Positions 17,183 through 27,060 of a stretch of DNA of 40,471 bases are shown in pieces. The stretch spans positions 1 to 40,471 of the IMG/VR virus record IMGVR_UViG_2547132281_000014. The stretch is one strand, 5' to 3'. Both the position numbers and the translations under genes were made by a program. Source of the stretch: a virus. Its lineage: Duplodnaviria > Heunggongvirae > Uroviricota > Caudoviricetes. Every line of letters starts with the position of its first letter. The first letter of the stretch is position 1. Below the pieces are notes generated by a model. The model saw nothing but the letters and a program-made list of their open reading frames with translations, made no database searches and was not told where the DNA came from.

Positions 17183-17558
17183 GCTGACTATCTCTGCTTT
17201 CTTCTTTACTGTTATTGGCTCTTTCATCTGGTCAGCGAATCACTACTACAGCAAATATCAGCACGAAAAGAAACGTGCTGATGAGGCTGTACAAAATGCC
17301 AAATCGGCAACTGCCATTACCAATAACGTCCTGCAATCACTGCAAATCGTCAATACAGTACTGGAGGCTAACCAGCATGCAAAACAGCAGATCGCACTGG
17401 AGTCACAGAGAACCCAGGAAGATATCAAAATGGCTGTTGCGGATGATGATTGTGCTTCACGTGCTGTGCCTGCTGCCGCTGCTGACCGGTTGCGGAAGTA
17501 CGCGGACAGTTTACGTGAGCGTTCCGGTGGCACCACTGCCACCCAGCCTGACTTCTGA
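17166..17558 (+). CDS. Rz-like i-spanin
   Basis: N-terminal TM (ISAFFFTVIGSFIWSANHYY), coiled-coil body; follows the endolysin. Confidence 0.7.
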   Translation: MKLSYKLTISAFFFTVIGSFIWSANHYYSKYQHEKKRADEAVQNAKSATAITNNVLQSLQIVNTVLEANQHAKQQIALESQRTQEDIKMAVADDDCASRAVPAAAADRLRKYADSLRERSGGTTATQPDF

Positions 17559-17700
17559 TACTCCTGTACCGTTTATACCTAATCCGCTGACGTATGGTGC
17601 CAGTCTGGAGCTGAATGTGAGTCTGTTGTCTGCGCTGGCTAACTGCAATCGGGATAAAGCTGATATTCGTAAAATAGATGCAGAGAGAACTAACCATTAA
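17443..17700 (+). CDS. Rz1-like o-spanin lipoprotein (overlapping Rz in another frame)
   Basis: MMIVLHVLCLLPLLTGC lipobox, proline-rich; starts inside Rz and extends past its stop. Confidence 0.7.
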   Translation: MMIVLHVLCLLPLLTGCGSTRTVYVSVPVAPLPPSLTSDTPVPFIPNPLTYGASLELNVSLLSALANCNRDKADIRKIDAERTNH

Positions 17701-17721
17701 GCAATAAAATTGTCAAATTAA

Positions 17722-18348
17722 TCAGTTGTCAAATGAATATACGTTAAAGGTATATGTCGACATAATTTCACCAAGTACCTCAATACATACACTTTTTTTA
17801 TGAAAATTACTGGGAAATGAACTTAGCTCCTCAAGACATTGCACATAAGTGCTGATATCACTTGCATCACGTTCAAGGAATTTCACTTGACCAAAAGAAG
17901 GAGTTTTAATCTTGGTTCTTTGCTGGATTATATGGATAAAGTGTGTAGTTGGTGAAACTATTACTCTTGAAATATCGGAAATGATGTCTTCTTGAACTTG
18001 CCGATAAAGTAAATCCTTTGGGTAATGGTGTTTAATCTCGATGGTTGCAACATTGCCATTATGTTCAGACGTTAATATCGACTGGTTATAAAGTGATATG
18101 TCAACAGCGCCGATACCGAGTTTTGGATGCTCACTTAAAGCAGTTAGTGTGCTGATTTGATTGAGTATAACAACTAACTCATCACGTATTTGTGTTTCAT
18201 GTTTGCGATTGTAGAAGTAGCCATTCAGTTCATTTAACTTTTTATGCATCCTATCGTGACTAATTGCTTCGATCAGTAAATCCTGAATCATACTTTTCTC
18301 TAGATAATCCGAACGGTTGTAAGTGACAGTATTGTGCTGGCATGTCAT
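17722..18348 (-). CDS. hypothetical protein, 208 aa (AT-rich cargo, second gene of a minus-strand pair)
   Basis: Long ORF with ATG start, low GC, opposite to the late operon; no motif I recognise. Confidence 0.55.
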   Translation of the reverse strand: MTCQHNTVTYNRSDYLEKSMIQDLLIEAISHDRMHKKLNELNGYFYNRKHETQIRDELVVILNQISTLTALSEHPKLGIGAVDISLYNQSILTSEHNGNVATIEIKHHYPKDLLYRQVQEDIISDISRVIVSPTTHFIHIIQQRTKIKTPSFGQVKFLERDASDISTYVQCLEELSSFPSNFHKKSVCIEVLGEIMSTYTFNVYSFDN

Positions 18349-18391
18349 TAATATGTAAAGGTATTGTGAATGCCAGAAAGATAACGAAGTA

Positions 18392-18727
18392 TCATCGATA
18401 GAAAAACTTTACAGCCCACTCGTAAACAGCTTTGTAAATCGGTTCATGGTAAATACTATCGATACTATTCAGATGTGCGATCATCGCCTCCACAGTTGTA
18501 GTGGTTGTTTCTAATATTTCGATTATTGCAGGGCGGTCATCATCTTCATCGAAGTATTCGAACAGCAGTACAGGTTTACCATGCAATTCAGCATCTGAGA
18601 CTCTAAGGTTACAACTACCGCTCAACTCAAAGTGAATTTTGTAATTACCTTCTACAGAATGGCCTACGGGGAAAAAGTATAGGGTGTCATCTTTGTTCAA
18701 AAGCCATTCCCATTCATAACTATTCAT
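18392..18727 (-). CDS. hypothetical acidic protein, 111 aa (first gene of the minus-strand pair)
   Basis: ATG at 18727 with AGGAG 7 nt upstream (the track ORF extends to 18745); acidic EYFDEDDD stretch; no motif I recognise. Confidence 0.55.
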   Translation of the reverse strand: MNSYEWEWLLNKDDTLYFFPVGHSVEGNYKIHFELSGSCNLRVSDAELHGKPVLLFEYFDEDDDRPAIIEILETTTTTVEAMIAHLNSIDSIYHEPIYKAVYEWAVKFFYR

Positions 18728-18877
18728 TTGTGAACTCCTGTTCATTGAGTTTCAACAACTATCAACTACATCCAGCGAAGCATAAAAGATCGTTTATGGC
18801 AAAACCGGAATGGAGTGCGATTCGATTCTGAGAAGGGTGCCACGTATCGTACGCGAACCATCCAAGAGGATTATGCA

Positions 18878-19228
18878 ATGCCCCTACGAACCCCAAAAGC
18901 CTGCCGCGTTCGCGGCTGCCGTAATACCACTACAGACCCGTCAGGCTACTGCGAAAGCCACAAAAACGAAGGCTGGAAACAATACAAGCCGGGGCAATCT
19001 CGTCATCAGCGCGGTTATGGTTCGAAGTGGGACAGTATCCGCGCGCGTGTGCTGAAGCGTGACAAAGGTTTATGTCAATTATGTCTGCATGCTGGTGTGG
19101 TGGGTGAGGCGAAAACCGTTGACCACATCATTCCCAAAGCGCATGGCGGCACCGATGCCGACAGTAACCTGCAGAGTCTGTGCTGGCCGTGTCATAAGGC
19201 GAAGACGGCCCGTGAACGGCTGAAGTAA
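18878..19228 (+). CDS. HNH endonuclease (terminase-associated)
   Basis: Cys/His-rich HNH core CQLCLHAGV ... VDHIIPKAHGG ... NLQSLCWPCH; ATG at 18878 with AAGAGGA; directly upstream of the terminase genes. Confidence 0.8.
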   Translation: MPLRTPKACRVRGCRNTTTDPSGYCESHKNEGWKQYKPGQSRHQRGYGSKWDSIRARVLKRDKGLCQLCLHAGVVGEAKTVDHIIPKAHGGTDADSNLQSLCWPCHKAKTARERLK

Positions 19229-19353
19229 GAACCAGTTCCCATTGCCAGAGGGGAGGGGCGGGTCAAATCCCTGTGACCTGACGTCTTCCGGACTGCCCGC
19301 CCCATCGTTTTTTTATACCCGCGAAAAATGAAATTTAACCAGGAGTGCCGCAT

Positions 19354-19848
19354 ATGGCTGGAACGGCGGGGCGTTCCGGGCGTCGCCCCAAGCCAACGGC
19401 GCGCAAGGCGCTGGCCGGAAACCCCGGCAAGCGAGCCCTGAATAAAGATGAACCTGTTTTTACGCCCATCAAAGGTGTTGAGCCACCGGAGTGGTTCGCA
19501 GAAGAAAATCTCCCTCTCGCCACGATCATGTGGCAACTGACAACCAAAGAACTCTGCGGTCAGGGCCTGTTGTGCGTGACTGACCTCGCGGTGCTTGAGC
19601 GGTGGTGCGTGGCCTATGAGTTCTGGCGACGTGCCGTGAAAAATATTGCCATACAGGGCAACACCATCACCGGTGCAATGGGCGGCAGGGTCAAAAATCC
19701 GGAGCTGACCGCCAAAAAAGAACAGGAGTCCGAGATGAGCAGCACGGGGGCAATGCTCGGACTCGACCCCAGCAGCCGCCAGCGTCTGATTGGCCTGGCG
19801 GGGCAGAAGAAAGCCACTAACCCGTTTCTGAAAATCATCGAGTCATGA
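19354..19848 (+). CDS. terminase small subunit
   Basis: ATG at 19354 with AGGAG; basic N-terminus; immediately upstream of the large subunit with ATGA overlap. Confidence 0.7.
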   Translation: MAGTAGRSGRRPKPTARKALAGNPGKRALNKDEPVFTPIKGVEPPEWFAEENLPLATIMWQLTTKELCGQGLLCVTDLAVLERWCVAYEFWRRAVKNIAIQGNTITGAMGGRVKNPELTAKKEQESEMSSTGAMLGLDPSSRQRLIGLAGQKKATNPFLKIIES

Positions 19849-21578
19849 GCCGGAAATCTTACCCCAACGTAAATGCTGCCAATCAGTATGCCCGTGATGT
19901 TGTGCGCGGAAAGATTGTGGCCTGCCAGTTTGTGATTCAGGCCTGCCAGCGCCATCTTGATGACCTGATGGCGGAAAAAAGTAAGTCGTTTCGTTACCGC
20001 TTCGACAAGGACCTGGCTGAACGGGCCGCCAAATTTATTCAGCTGTTGCCGCACACCAAGGGTGAGTGGGCATTCAAGAGGATGCCCATCACGCTGGAGC
20101 CGTGGCAGCTATTTGTGGTCTGCTGTGCGTTTGGCTGGGTCAATAAAGGGTCCCGGCTGCGCCGCTTCCGGGAGGTGTATACCGAAATCCCCCGTAAGAA
20201 CGGCAAATCGGCAATCTCTGCCGGTGTTGCCCTGTATTGTTTTGCCTGTGATAACGAGTTTGGCGCGGAAGTGTATTCCGGTGCCACGACAGAGAAACAG
20301 GCGTGGGAAGTCTTTCGCCCGGCGCGACTGATGTGTAAACGCACACCCATGCTGACGGAAGCGTTCGGGATTGAGGTTAACGCCTCAAACATGAATCGTC
20401 CGGAGGATGGCGCGCGGTTTGAACCGCTGATCGGTAACCCCGGTGATGGTTCATCACCCCACTGTGCGGTGGTGGATGAATATCACGAGCACGCCACCGA
20501 TGCGCTTTACACCACGATGCTTACCGGGATGGGGGCGCGACGTCAGCCACTGATGTGGGCCATTACTACTGCCGGGTACAACATTGAGGGGCCGTGCTAC
20601 GACAAGCGACGGGAAGTTATCGAGATGCTCAACGGGTCGGTACCCAACGATGAACTGTTCGGGATCATCTATACCGTTGACGAAGGCGATGACTGGACCG
20701 ACCCGCAGGTGCTGGAAAAAGCTAACCCGAATATTGGCGTGTCGGTTTATCGCGAATTTTTGTTAAGTCAGCAGCAGCGTGCGAAAAATAACGCCCGTCT
20801 GGCAAATGTCTTTAAAACAAAACACCTCAATATCTGGGTGTCGGCGCGTTCGGCGTATTTCAACCTGGTGAGCTGGCAGAGCTGCGAGGATAAATCACTG
20901 ACCCTTGAGCAGTTCGAGGGGCAGCCGTGCATTCTGGCCTTTGACCTGGCCCGTAAGCTGGATATGAACAGCATGGCGCGACTTTATACCCGCGAGATTG
21001 ACGGTAAAACGCATTACTACAGTGTGGCCCCGCGTTTCTGGGTACCGTATGACACGGTGTACAGCGTCGAGAAAAATGAAGATCGCCGGACAGCCGAACG
21101 CTTTCAGAAATGGGTGGAAATGGGCGTCCTGACCGTTACCGATGGTGCAGAGGTGGATTATCGCTACATCCTCGAAGAGGCCAAAGCGGCGAACAAAATC
21201 AGCCCGGTCAGCGAGTCACCCATCGACCCCTTCGGGGCGACCGGGCTGTCACATGACCTTGCTGATGAAGACCTGAATCCCATCACCATCATTCAGAACT
21301 ACACCAACATGTCCGACCCGATGAAAGAGCTGGAAGCGGCAATTGAATCGGGGCGCTTTCATCATGATGGCAATCCCATCATGACCTGGTGTATCGGCAA
21401 CGTGGTCGGCAAAACCATTCCGGGTAACGATGATGTGGTGAAGCCCGTCAAGGAGCAGGCGGAAAACAAAATTGATGGTGCAGTTGCGCTGATTATGGCG
21501 GTTGGCAGAGCCATGCTGTACGAGAAAGAAGACACGCTGTCTGATCACATTGAGTCCTACGGGATCCGCTCGCTTTAA
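19845..21578 (+). CDS. terminase large subunit
   Basis: 577 aa; ATPase-like N-terminal region and nuclease-like C-terminal region; canonical position before the portal. Confidence 0.9.
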   Translation: MSRKSYPNVNAANQYARDVVRGKIVACQFVIQACQRHLDDLMAEKSKSFRYRFDKDLAERAAKFIQLLPHTKGEWAFKRMPITLEPWQLFVVCCAFGWVNKGSRLRRFREVYTEIPRKNGKSAISAGVALYCFACDNEFGAEVYSGATTEKQAWEVFRPARLMCKRTPMLTEAFGIEVNASNMNRPEDGARFEPLIGNPGDGSSPHCAVVDEYHEHATDALYTTMLTGMGARRQPLMWAITTAGYNIEGPCYDKRREVIEMLNGSVPNDELFGIIYTVDEGDDWTDPQVLEKANPNIGVSVYREFLLSQQQRAKNNARLANVFKTKHLNIWVSARSAYFNLVSWQSCEDKSLTLEQFEGQPCILAFDLARKLDMNSMARLYTREIDGKTHYYSVAPRFWVPYDTVYSVEKNEDRRTAERFQKWVEMGVLTVTDGAEVDYRYILEEAKAANKISPVSESPIDPFGATGLSHDLADEDLNPITIIQNYTNMSDPMKELEAAIESGRFHHDGNPIMTWCIGNVVGKTIPGNDDVVKPVKEQAENKIDGAVALIMAVGRAMLYEKEDTLSDHIESYGIRSL

Positions 21579-21589
21579 CTGAGGTAATT

Positions 21590-21772
21590 ATGATCATGCT
21601 GATTCTCGCGCCTCTGGTGGGCGTGCTGGGTGCGCTTTTGCTGGCGTATGGTGCCTGGCTGATTTATCCCCCGGCGGGGTTTGTTGTTGCCGGGGCGCTG
21701 TGCCTGTTCTGGTCGTGGCTGGTGGCGCGATATCTCGACCGTACACAGCCGTCTGTCGGCGGAGGTAAATAG
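21590..21772 (+). CDS. small membrane protein, 60 aa
   Basis: Two hydrophobic helices; tightly packed between terminase and portal. Confidence 0.4.
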   Translation: MIMLILAPLVGVLGALLLAYGAWLIYPPAGFVVAGALCLFWSWLVARYLDRTQPSVGGGK

Positions 21773-23013
21773 TGTTCTTTTCGGGATTATTTCAACGAAA
21801 AAGTGACGCACCGGTGACCACGCCAGCAGAGCTGGCGGATGCTATCGGGCTGTCATATGACACCTATACCGGAAAGCAGATCAGCAGCCAGCGGGCCATG
21901 CGACTGACGGCGGTTTTTTCCTGCGTCAGGGTGCTGGCGGAGTCGGTCGGGATGTTGCCCTGCAACCTGTATCACCTGAACGGCAGCCTGAAACAGAGAG
22001 CCACCGGCGAACGTCTGCATAAGCTGATCTCCACGCATCCCAATGGCTATATGACGCCGCAGGAGTTCTGGGAGCTGGTGGTCACCTGTCTGTGCCTGCG
22101 GGGAAACTTTTACGCCTACAAAGTGAAAGCATTTGGCGAAGTGGCTGAACTGCTGCCCGTCGACCCAGGTTGTGTGGTACCGAAGCTTAACAGTAGCTGG
22201 GAACCGGTTTACCAGGTCACATTCCCGGACGGCTCCACGGATGTACTGAGCCAGGAAGATATCTGGCATGTGCGCACGCTGACGCTGGACGGTCTGGTGG
22301 GACTGAATCCCATCGCCTATGCCCGCGAGGCAATATCGCTGGCAGCTGCGACCGAAGAGCACGGGGCCAGACTGTTCAGCAATGGTGCGGTGACGTCCGG
22401 TGTGTTGCGTACAGAGCAGACGCTGTCGGATCAGGCTTATGAGCGTCTGAAGAAAGATTTTGAGGAGCGTCACACCGGGCTTGGTAATGCTCACCGCCCG
22501 ATGATCCTTGAGATGGGGCTGGACTGGAAGTCGATGGCGCTGAACGCCGAGGACAGCCAGTTCCTGGAAACCCGCAAGTTTCAGCTTGAAGAAATCTGTC
22601 GTCTGTTCCGTGTTCCATTGCACATGGTGCAGAACACCGATCGCGCCACCTTCAACAATATCGAAGAACTGGGGCTGGGATTTATCAACTATTCACTGGT
22701 GCCGTATCTGACCCGCATTGAGCAGCGGATCAACACCGGACTGGTACGAAAAAGTAAGCAGGGCGTTTATTACGCCAAATTTAACGCCGGGGCGTTACTG
22801 CGCGGGGATATGAAGTCCCGTTTTGAAGCCTACGCCACCGGGATTAACTGGGGAATTTACTCTCCCAATGACTGCCGCGACCTGGAAGATATGAATCCGC
22901 GTCCCGGTGGGGATGTCTATCTCACACCGATGAACATGACCACGAAACCCTCCGATGGCAGTAAAGCCGGTAAGCAGAAGGATAACGCCAATGCAGACGA
23001 AACAACGTCTTGA
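21772..23013 (+). CDS. portal protein (HK97 family)
   Basis: 413 aa, follows the terminase, composition and size typical of HK97-type portals. Confidence 0.85.
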   Translation: MFFSGLFQRKSDAPVTTPAELADAIGLSYDTYTGKQISSQRAMRLTAVFSCVRVLAESVGMLPCNLYHLNGSLKQRATGERLHKLISTHPNGYMTPQEFWELVVTCLCLRGNFYAYKVKAFGEVAELLPVDPGCVVPKLNSSWEPVYQVTFPDGSTDVLSQEDIWHVRTLTLDGLVGLNPIAYAREAISLAAATEEHGARLFSNGAVTSGVLRTEQTLSDQAYERLKKDFEERHTGLGNAHRPMILEMGLDWKSMALNAEDSQFLETRKFQLEEICRLFRVPLHMVQNTDRATFNNIEELGLGFINYSLVPYLTRIEQRINTGLVRKSKQGVYYAKFNAGALLRGDMKSRFEAYATGINWGIYSPNDCRDLEDMNPRPGGDVYLTPMNMTTKPSDGSKAGKQKDNANADETTS

Positions 23014-23641
23014 TGTACCGCTGAGTCTGAAATCTGTCAGTGACTCCGGTGAGTTTGAAGGGTATGGCTCCGTCTTTGGTGTAAAGGACAGCCACGATGA
23101 TGTGGTGATGTCCGGGGCATTTGCTGCTTCCCTGCGGGCGTGGAGTGACAGAAAAGCGTTACCTGCGCTGCTCTGGCAGCACCGCATGGATGAACCCATC
23201 GGTGTTTACACCGAAATGAAGGAAGACGATGTCGGGCTTTACGTCAGGGGACGGTTGCTTATTGATGATGATCCCCTCGCAAAACGCGCACATGCACACA
23301 TGAAGGCCGGTTCGTTAACCGGCCTTTCTATTGGGTACGTCCTGAAAGACTGGGAATACGACCGGAGCAAAGAAGCCTTTCTGTTGAAAGAAATCGACCT
23401 CTGGGAAGTCAGTCTGGTGACGTTTCCGTCTAACGACGAGGCGCGGATCAGCGACGTCAAGAACGCGCTGGCCCGCGGGGAAATCCCCGAACAGAAAAAA
23501 ATCGAAAGAGTCCTGCGTGATGTCGGACTCTCCCGTACCCAGGCCAAAGCATTCATGGCCGGGGGCTATGGCGCACTGTCCCTGCGCGACGCTGAGGATG
23601 TGAGCTCTGCACTGAATGCACTGAAAAATCTGAACTTCTAA
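22991..23641 (+). CDS. prohead maturation protease (HK97 family)
   Basis: ATG at 22991 with AAGGA; overlaps the portal 3' end; between portal and major capsid gene. Confidence 0.75.
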   Translation: MQTKQRLDVPLSLKSVSDSGEFEGYGSVFGVKDSHDDVVMSGAFAASLRAWSDRKALPALLWQHRMDEPIGVYTEMKEDDVGLYVRGRLLIDDDPLAKRAHAHMKAGSLTGLSIGYVLKDWEYDRSKEAFLLKEIDLWEVSLVTFPSNDEARISDVKNALARGEIPEQKKIERVLRDVGLSRTQAKAFMAGGYGALSLRDAEDVSSALNALKNLNF

Positions 23642-23655
23642 TCAGGAGAAATACG

Positions 23656-24861
23656 ATGGCGGTAGATATTAAAGATGTCGAACAGGTCGCGCAGGAGCTG
23701 CAGCAGAAGTTTGACGACTTCAAAGCAAAGAACGACAAGCGCGTGGATGCGATTGAGCAGGAAAAAGGCAAGCTTGCCGGGCAGGTGGAAACCCTGAACG
23801 GGAAACTCAGCGAGCTGGAAAACCTCAAAAGCGATCTTGAAAAAGAGCTGCTTGAGCTGAAACGTCCGGCAGGTGGTGCGCAAAATAAACTGGCCACCGA
23901 GCATAAAGAAGCGTTTGTGGGCTTCCTGCGTAAAGGCCGTGAAGATGGTCTGCGCGATCTGGAGCGCAAGGCATTACAGGTGGGCACCGATGAAGACGGC
24001 GGCTATGCCGTGCCGGAAGCACTGGATCGCAACATTCTCACCCTGCTGAAAGATGAAGTGGTGATGCGCCAGGAAGCCACGGTGATCACCGTTGGTGGTT
24101 CCGACTACAAAAAACTGGTGAATCTGGGCGGCACGGCTTCCGGATGGGTTGGCGAGACTGACGCGCGCTCCCAGACTGCCACCTCAAAACTGGGCCTGAT
24201 TGAACCTTTCATGGGGGAAATCTACGGTAACCCGCAGGCCACCCAGAAAATGCTGGATGATGCCTTTTTCAACGTGGAAGCATGGATCAACAGCGAGCTG
24301 GCAACCGAATTTGCCGAACAGGAAGAAATTGCCTTTACCACCGGCGATGGTACCAAGAAGCCGAAAGGGTTCCTGGCGTATGAATCCACGGATGAAACCG
24401 ATAAGGTCCGGGCGTTCGGCAAACTTCAGCATATTGTATCCGGCGACGCGACGGCGGTGACCGCAGACGCCATTATCAAACTGATTTACACGCTGCGTAA
24501 GGCACACCGCACCGGCGCGAAGTTCATGATGAACAACAATAGCCTGTTTGCCATCCGTCTGCTGAAAGACAGCGAGGGTAACTATCTGTGGCGTCCGGGG
24601 CTGGAGCTGGGGCAGCCGTCCTCTCTGGCGGGTTACGGTATCGCTGAAAACGAACAGATGCCCGATATCGCCGCTGATGCGAAAGCCATTGCATTTGGTA
24701 ACTTCAAACGGGGTTACACCATCGTTGACCGTATCGGCACCCGCATTCTGCGTGACCCGTACACCAATAAACCGTTTGTCGGTTTTTATACCACCAAACG
24801 CACCGGCGGCATGCTGGTCGATTCGCAGGCCATCAAACTGCTGAAGATTGCAGTGGCGTAA
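23656..24861 (+). CDS. major capsid protein (HK97 fold) with N-terminal coiled-coil scaffolding-like domain
   Basis: 401 aa; coiled-coil N-terminus (KLAGQVETLNGKLSELENLKSDLEKELLELK) then capsid body; follows the protease. Confidence 0.9.
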   Translation: MAVDIKDVEQVAQELQQKFDDFKAKNDKRVDAIEQEKGKLAGQVETLNGKLSELENLKSDLEKELLELKRPAGGAQNKLATEHKEAFVGFLRKGREDGLRDLERKALQVGTDEDGGYAVPEALDRNILTLLKDEVVMRQEATVITVGGSDYKKLVNLGGTASGWVGETDARSQTATSKLGLIEPFMGEIYGNPQATQKMLDDAFFNVEAWINSELATEFAEQEEIAFTTGDGTKKPKGFLAYESTDETDKVRAFGKLQHIVSGDATAVTADAIIKLIYTLRKAHRTGAKFMMNNNSLFAIRLLKDSEGNYLWRPGLELGQPSSLAGYGIAENEQMPDIAADAKAIAFGNFKRGYTIVDRIGTRILRDPYTNKPFVGFYTTKRTGGMLVDSQAIKLLKIAVA

Positions 24862-24868
24862 TCACTCA

Positions 24869-24895
24869 GGGGCGCGGAACCGCGCCCCTGTTCTG
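24869..24895 (+). terminator. possible attenuating hairpin after the capsid gene
   Basis: GGGGCGCGG-AAC-CGCGCCCC stem followed by TGTTCTG (weak U-tract). Confidence 0.3.
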
Positions 24896-24909
24896 ACGGG
24901 TGAAGAATC

Positions 24910-25110
24910 ATGATCCTGAAACAAGATCTGAAATGGTCACCGGACGGTATGCGTGTTGAGGTCATTCGGGCCGGTGAGTATGACGACGGGGCGCTTCCTG
25001 CCCGGGTGCAGGAGATTGCACTTCAGGCCGGGTTAGCAGAGCGCGGAACCAGTGCAAAAAGCAGTAAAGCGACAAAAGAGAAAAAAGCCACGACCAGTAA
25101 AGAGGGCTGA
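24910..25110 (+). CDS. hypothetical small head-module protein
   Basis: 66-aa ORF between capsid and connector genes. Confidence 0.4.
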   Translation: MILKQDLKWSPDGMRVEVIRAGEYDDGALPARVQEIALQAGLAERGTSAKSSKATKEKKATTSKEG

Positions 25111-25112
25111 GT

Positions 25113-25436
25113 ATGCTTCTGACAATGGAAGAGATTAAAGCCCAACTCCGGCTGGATGAGGATTTCGATGCTGATGACCGCCATCTGCAACTGCTGGCCT
25201 GTGCGGCACAAAAGCGGACGGAAACGTATCTGAACCGGAAGCTCTATGCACCGGATGAAACCATTCCGGACAGCGATCCGGACGGGCTGCACCTGCCGGA
25301 TGATATTCGTCTGGGGATGCTGATGCTTATCAGCCATTTTTACGAAAACCGCTCGTCGGTTACGGAAGTGGAGAAACTCGACATGCCGCAGAGTTTTGGC
25401 TGGCTTGTCGGCCCGTACAGGTACTTTCCGCAATGA
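25113..25436 (+). CDS. head-tail connector protein (gp6-like)
   Basis: 107 aa; position and acidic composition typical of gp6-like connectors. Confidence 0.65.
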   Translation: MLLTMEEIKAQLRLDEDFDADDRHLQLLACAAQKRTETYLNRKLYAPDETIPDSDPDGLHLPDDIRLGMLMLISHFYENRSSVTEVEKLDMPQSFGWLVGPYRYFPQ

Positions 25437-25843
25437 AAATTCGTCAGGCGCAGACCAGCGCAACCTACATTCTGCCGGACCCCGGTGAACTGAATAAACG
25501 CGTCCTGATCCGCCAGCGGGTGGATATGCCCGCGGATAACTTTGGCGTGGAGCCTCAATACCCGGTTACGTTCCGGACATGGGCGAAGGTTATCCAGACC
25601 AGTGCCACCACCAGGCAGGAAACCGCGCAGACCGGGGACGCCATCACCCATTACATCACCATTCGTTACCGCCGGGGGATCACTGCTGATTATGAGGTGG
25701 TCTGTGATGACAGTGTGTACCGGGTGAAACGTCAGCGTGATCTGAACGGGGCGCGGCGCTTTCTGCTGCTGGAGTGTACGGAGCTGGGCGAATGTAGGCA
25801 GAGTCACGGAGGCAGCAATGGCGACTCCCTTTTTTCACGTTGA
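25433..25843 (+). CDS. head closure / head-tail adaptor protein
   Basis: ATGA-coupled to the connector gene; position within the head-completion block. Confidence 0.55.
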   Translation: MKIRQAQTSATYILPDPGELNKRVLIRQRVDMPADNFGVEPQYPVTFRTWAKVIQTSATTRQETAQTGDAITHYITIRYRRGITADYEVVCDDSVYRVKRQRDLNGARRFLLLECTELGECRQSHGGSNGDSLFSR

Positions 25844-26324
25844 TGTTCAGCAGCCCGCCGAGATGCGCTTTAACCGCGCCCGTGTCCGGCGGGCGTTTGT
25901 CATGATTGGGCAGCGTCATATGCGTGATGCCCGTCGGCTGGTGATGCGCCGTGCGCGGTCGGCACCGGGTGAAAACCCCGGTTATCAGACCGGACGCCTG
26001 GCTCGTTCGATTGGTTATATGGTGCCGAGAGCCAGTAAAAAGCGAGCCGGTTTTATGACACGCATTGCCCCTAACCAGCGCAACGGGAAGGGGAACCGGA
26101 TGATCTCTGGTGACTTCTATCCGGCGTTTCTGTTTTTTGGTGTCCGGGGAGGAGCAAAACGTCGTCGTAGTCATCATCGTGGTGCATCCGGTGGCAGCGG
26201 CTGGCGACTGGCTCCACGTAATAACTTCATGGTGGAAACGCTTGAAAAGAACCGCAGCTGGACACGCTATTTTCTGGCGCGGGAATTGCGTAAATCACTG
26301 AAGCCGGAGCGACGACACAGATGA
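25818..26324 (+). CDS. virion morphogenesis protein (HK97 gp10-like)
   Basis: ATG at 25818 with GGAGG; basic protein in the neck block. Confidence 0.5.
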   Translation: MATPFFHVDVQQPAEMRFNRARVRRAFVMIGQRHMRDARRLVMRRARSAPGENPGYQTGRLARSIGYMVPRASKKRAGFMTRIAPNQRNGKGNRMISGDFYPAFLFFGVRGGAKRRRSHHRGASGGSGWRLAPRNNFMVETLEKNRSWTRYFLARELRKSLKPERRHR

Positions 26325-26881
26325 AACTGACGCCTGTTATTGCTGCACTGCGTGCCCGTTGTCCGTATTTTGAAAACCGGGTTGCAGGCGCGGCCCAGTT
26401 CAAAAATCTGCCGGAGGTCGGAAAACTGAAACTCCCGGCGGCATATGTTGTACCGGGTGATGATTCTCCGGGAGAAAACAAAAGCCAGACCGACTACTGG
26501 CAGGAGCTGAAAGAGGGTTTCTCCGTGGTTGTCATACTGAGTAACGGGCGTGATGAGCGCGGTCAGTTTGCCTCGTATGATGTGGTGGACGATGTCCGGC
26601 AGATGCTCTTTAAGGCTCTGCTGGGCTGGAACCCGGAGGCGTGCGGTAACCCGATTACCTATGACGGCGGCACGCTGCTGGATCTGAATCGTCATGAGCT
26701 GATTTATCAGTTCGATTTTTCGGTCATCAGCGAGCTGACTGAAGACGATACCCGCCAGCAGGATGATCTGAACAGTCTGGATGAACTGCAAACGCTGGCG
26801 ATTGATGTTGATTATCTCGAGCCCGGTAACGGGCCTGACGGCGATATCGAACATCACACCGAAATAACCCTTCCTTCCTGA
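26321..26881 (+). CDS. tail completion or sheath-terminator-like protein
   Basis: 186 aa, precedes the sheath gene. Confidence 0.45.
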   Translation: MKLTPVIAALRARCPYFENRVAGAAQFKNLPEVGKLKLPAAYVVPGDDSPGENKSQTDYWQELKEGFSVVVILSNGRDERGQFASYDVVDDVRQMLFKALLGWNPEACGNPITYDGGTLLDLNRHELIYQFDFSVISELTEDDTRQQDDLNSLDELQTLAIDVDYLEPGNGPDGDIEHHTEITLPS

Positions 26882-26889
26882 GGATCCTC

Positions 26890-27060
26890 ATGTTTGTCAA
26901 ACCTGTTAAAGGGCGGTCAGTGCCTGACCCTGCCCGCGGCGACCTTTTGCCCGCCGAAGGGCGAAATGTTGACGAGAACAACTACTGGCTGCGCCGTGAA
27001 GCAGCGGGTGATATCCGGCGCGTGAATAAAAAGGTGAACACCGATGACGATAAGCTTTAA
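26890..27060 (+). CDS. small Mu-like protein (DUF2635-like), 56 aa
   Basis: ATG at 26890; MFVKPVKGRSVPDPARGDLLPAEGRNVDENNYWLRRE...; overlaps the sheath gene start; below the ORF-track cut-off. Confidence 0.35.
   Translation: MFVKPVKGRSVPDPARGDLLPAEGRNVDENNYWLRREAAGDIRRVNKKVNTDDDKL

Noticed and set aside
21853-23987. Long antisense ORFs opposite the portal/protease/capsid genes (for example 21853..22623 and 23553..23987)
   Set aside because: They lie entirely within well-supported sense-strand structural genes in GC-rich DNA and have biased low-complexity composition; they are typical antisense artefacts.
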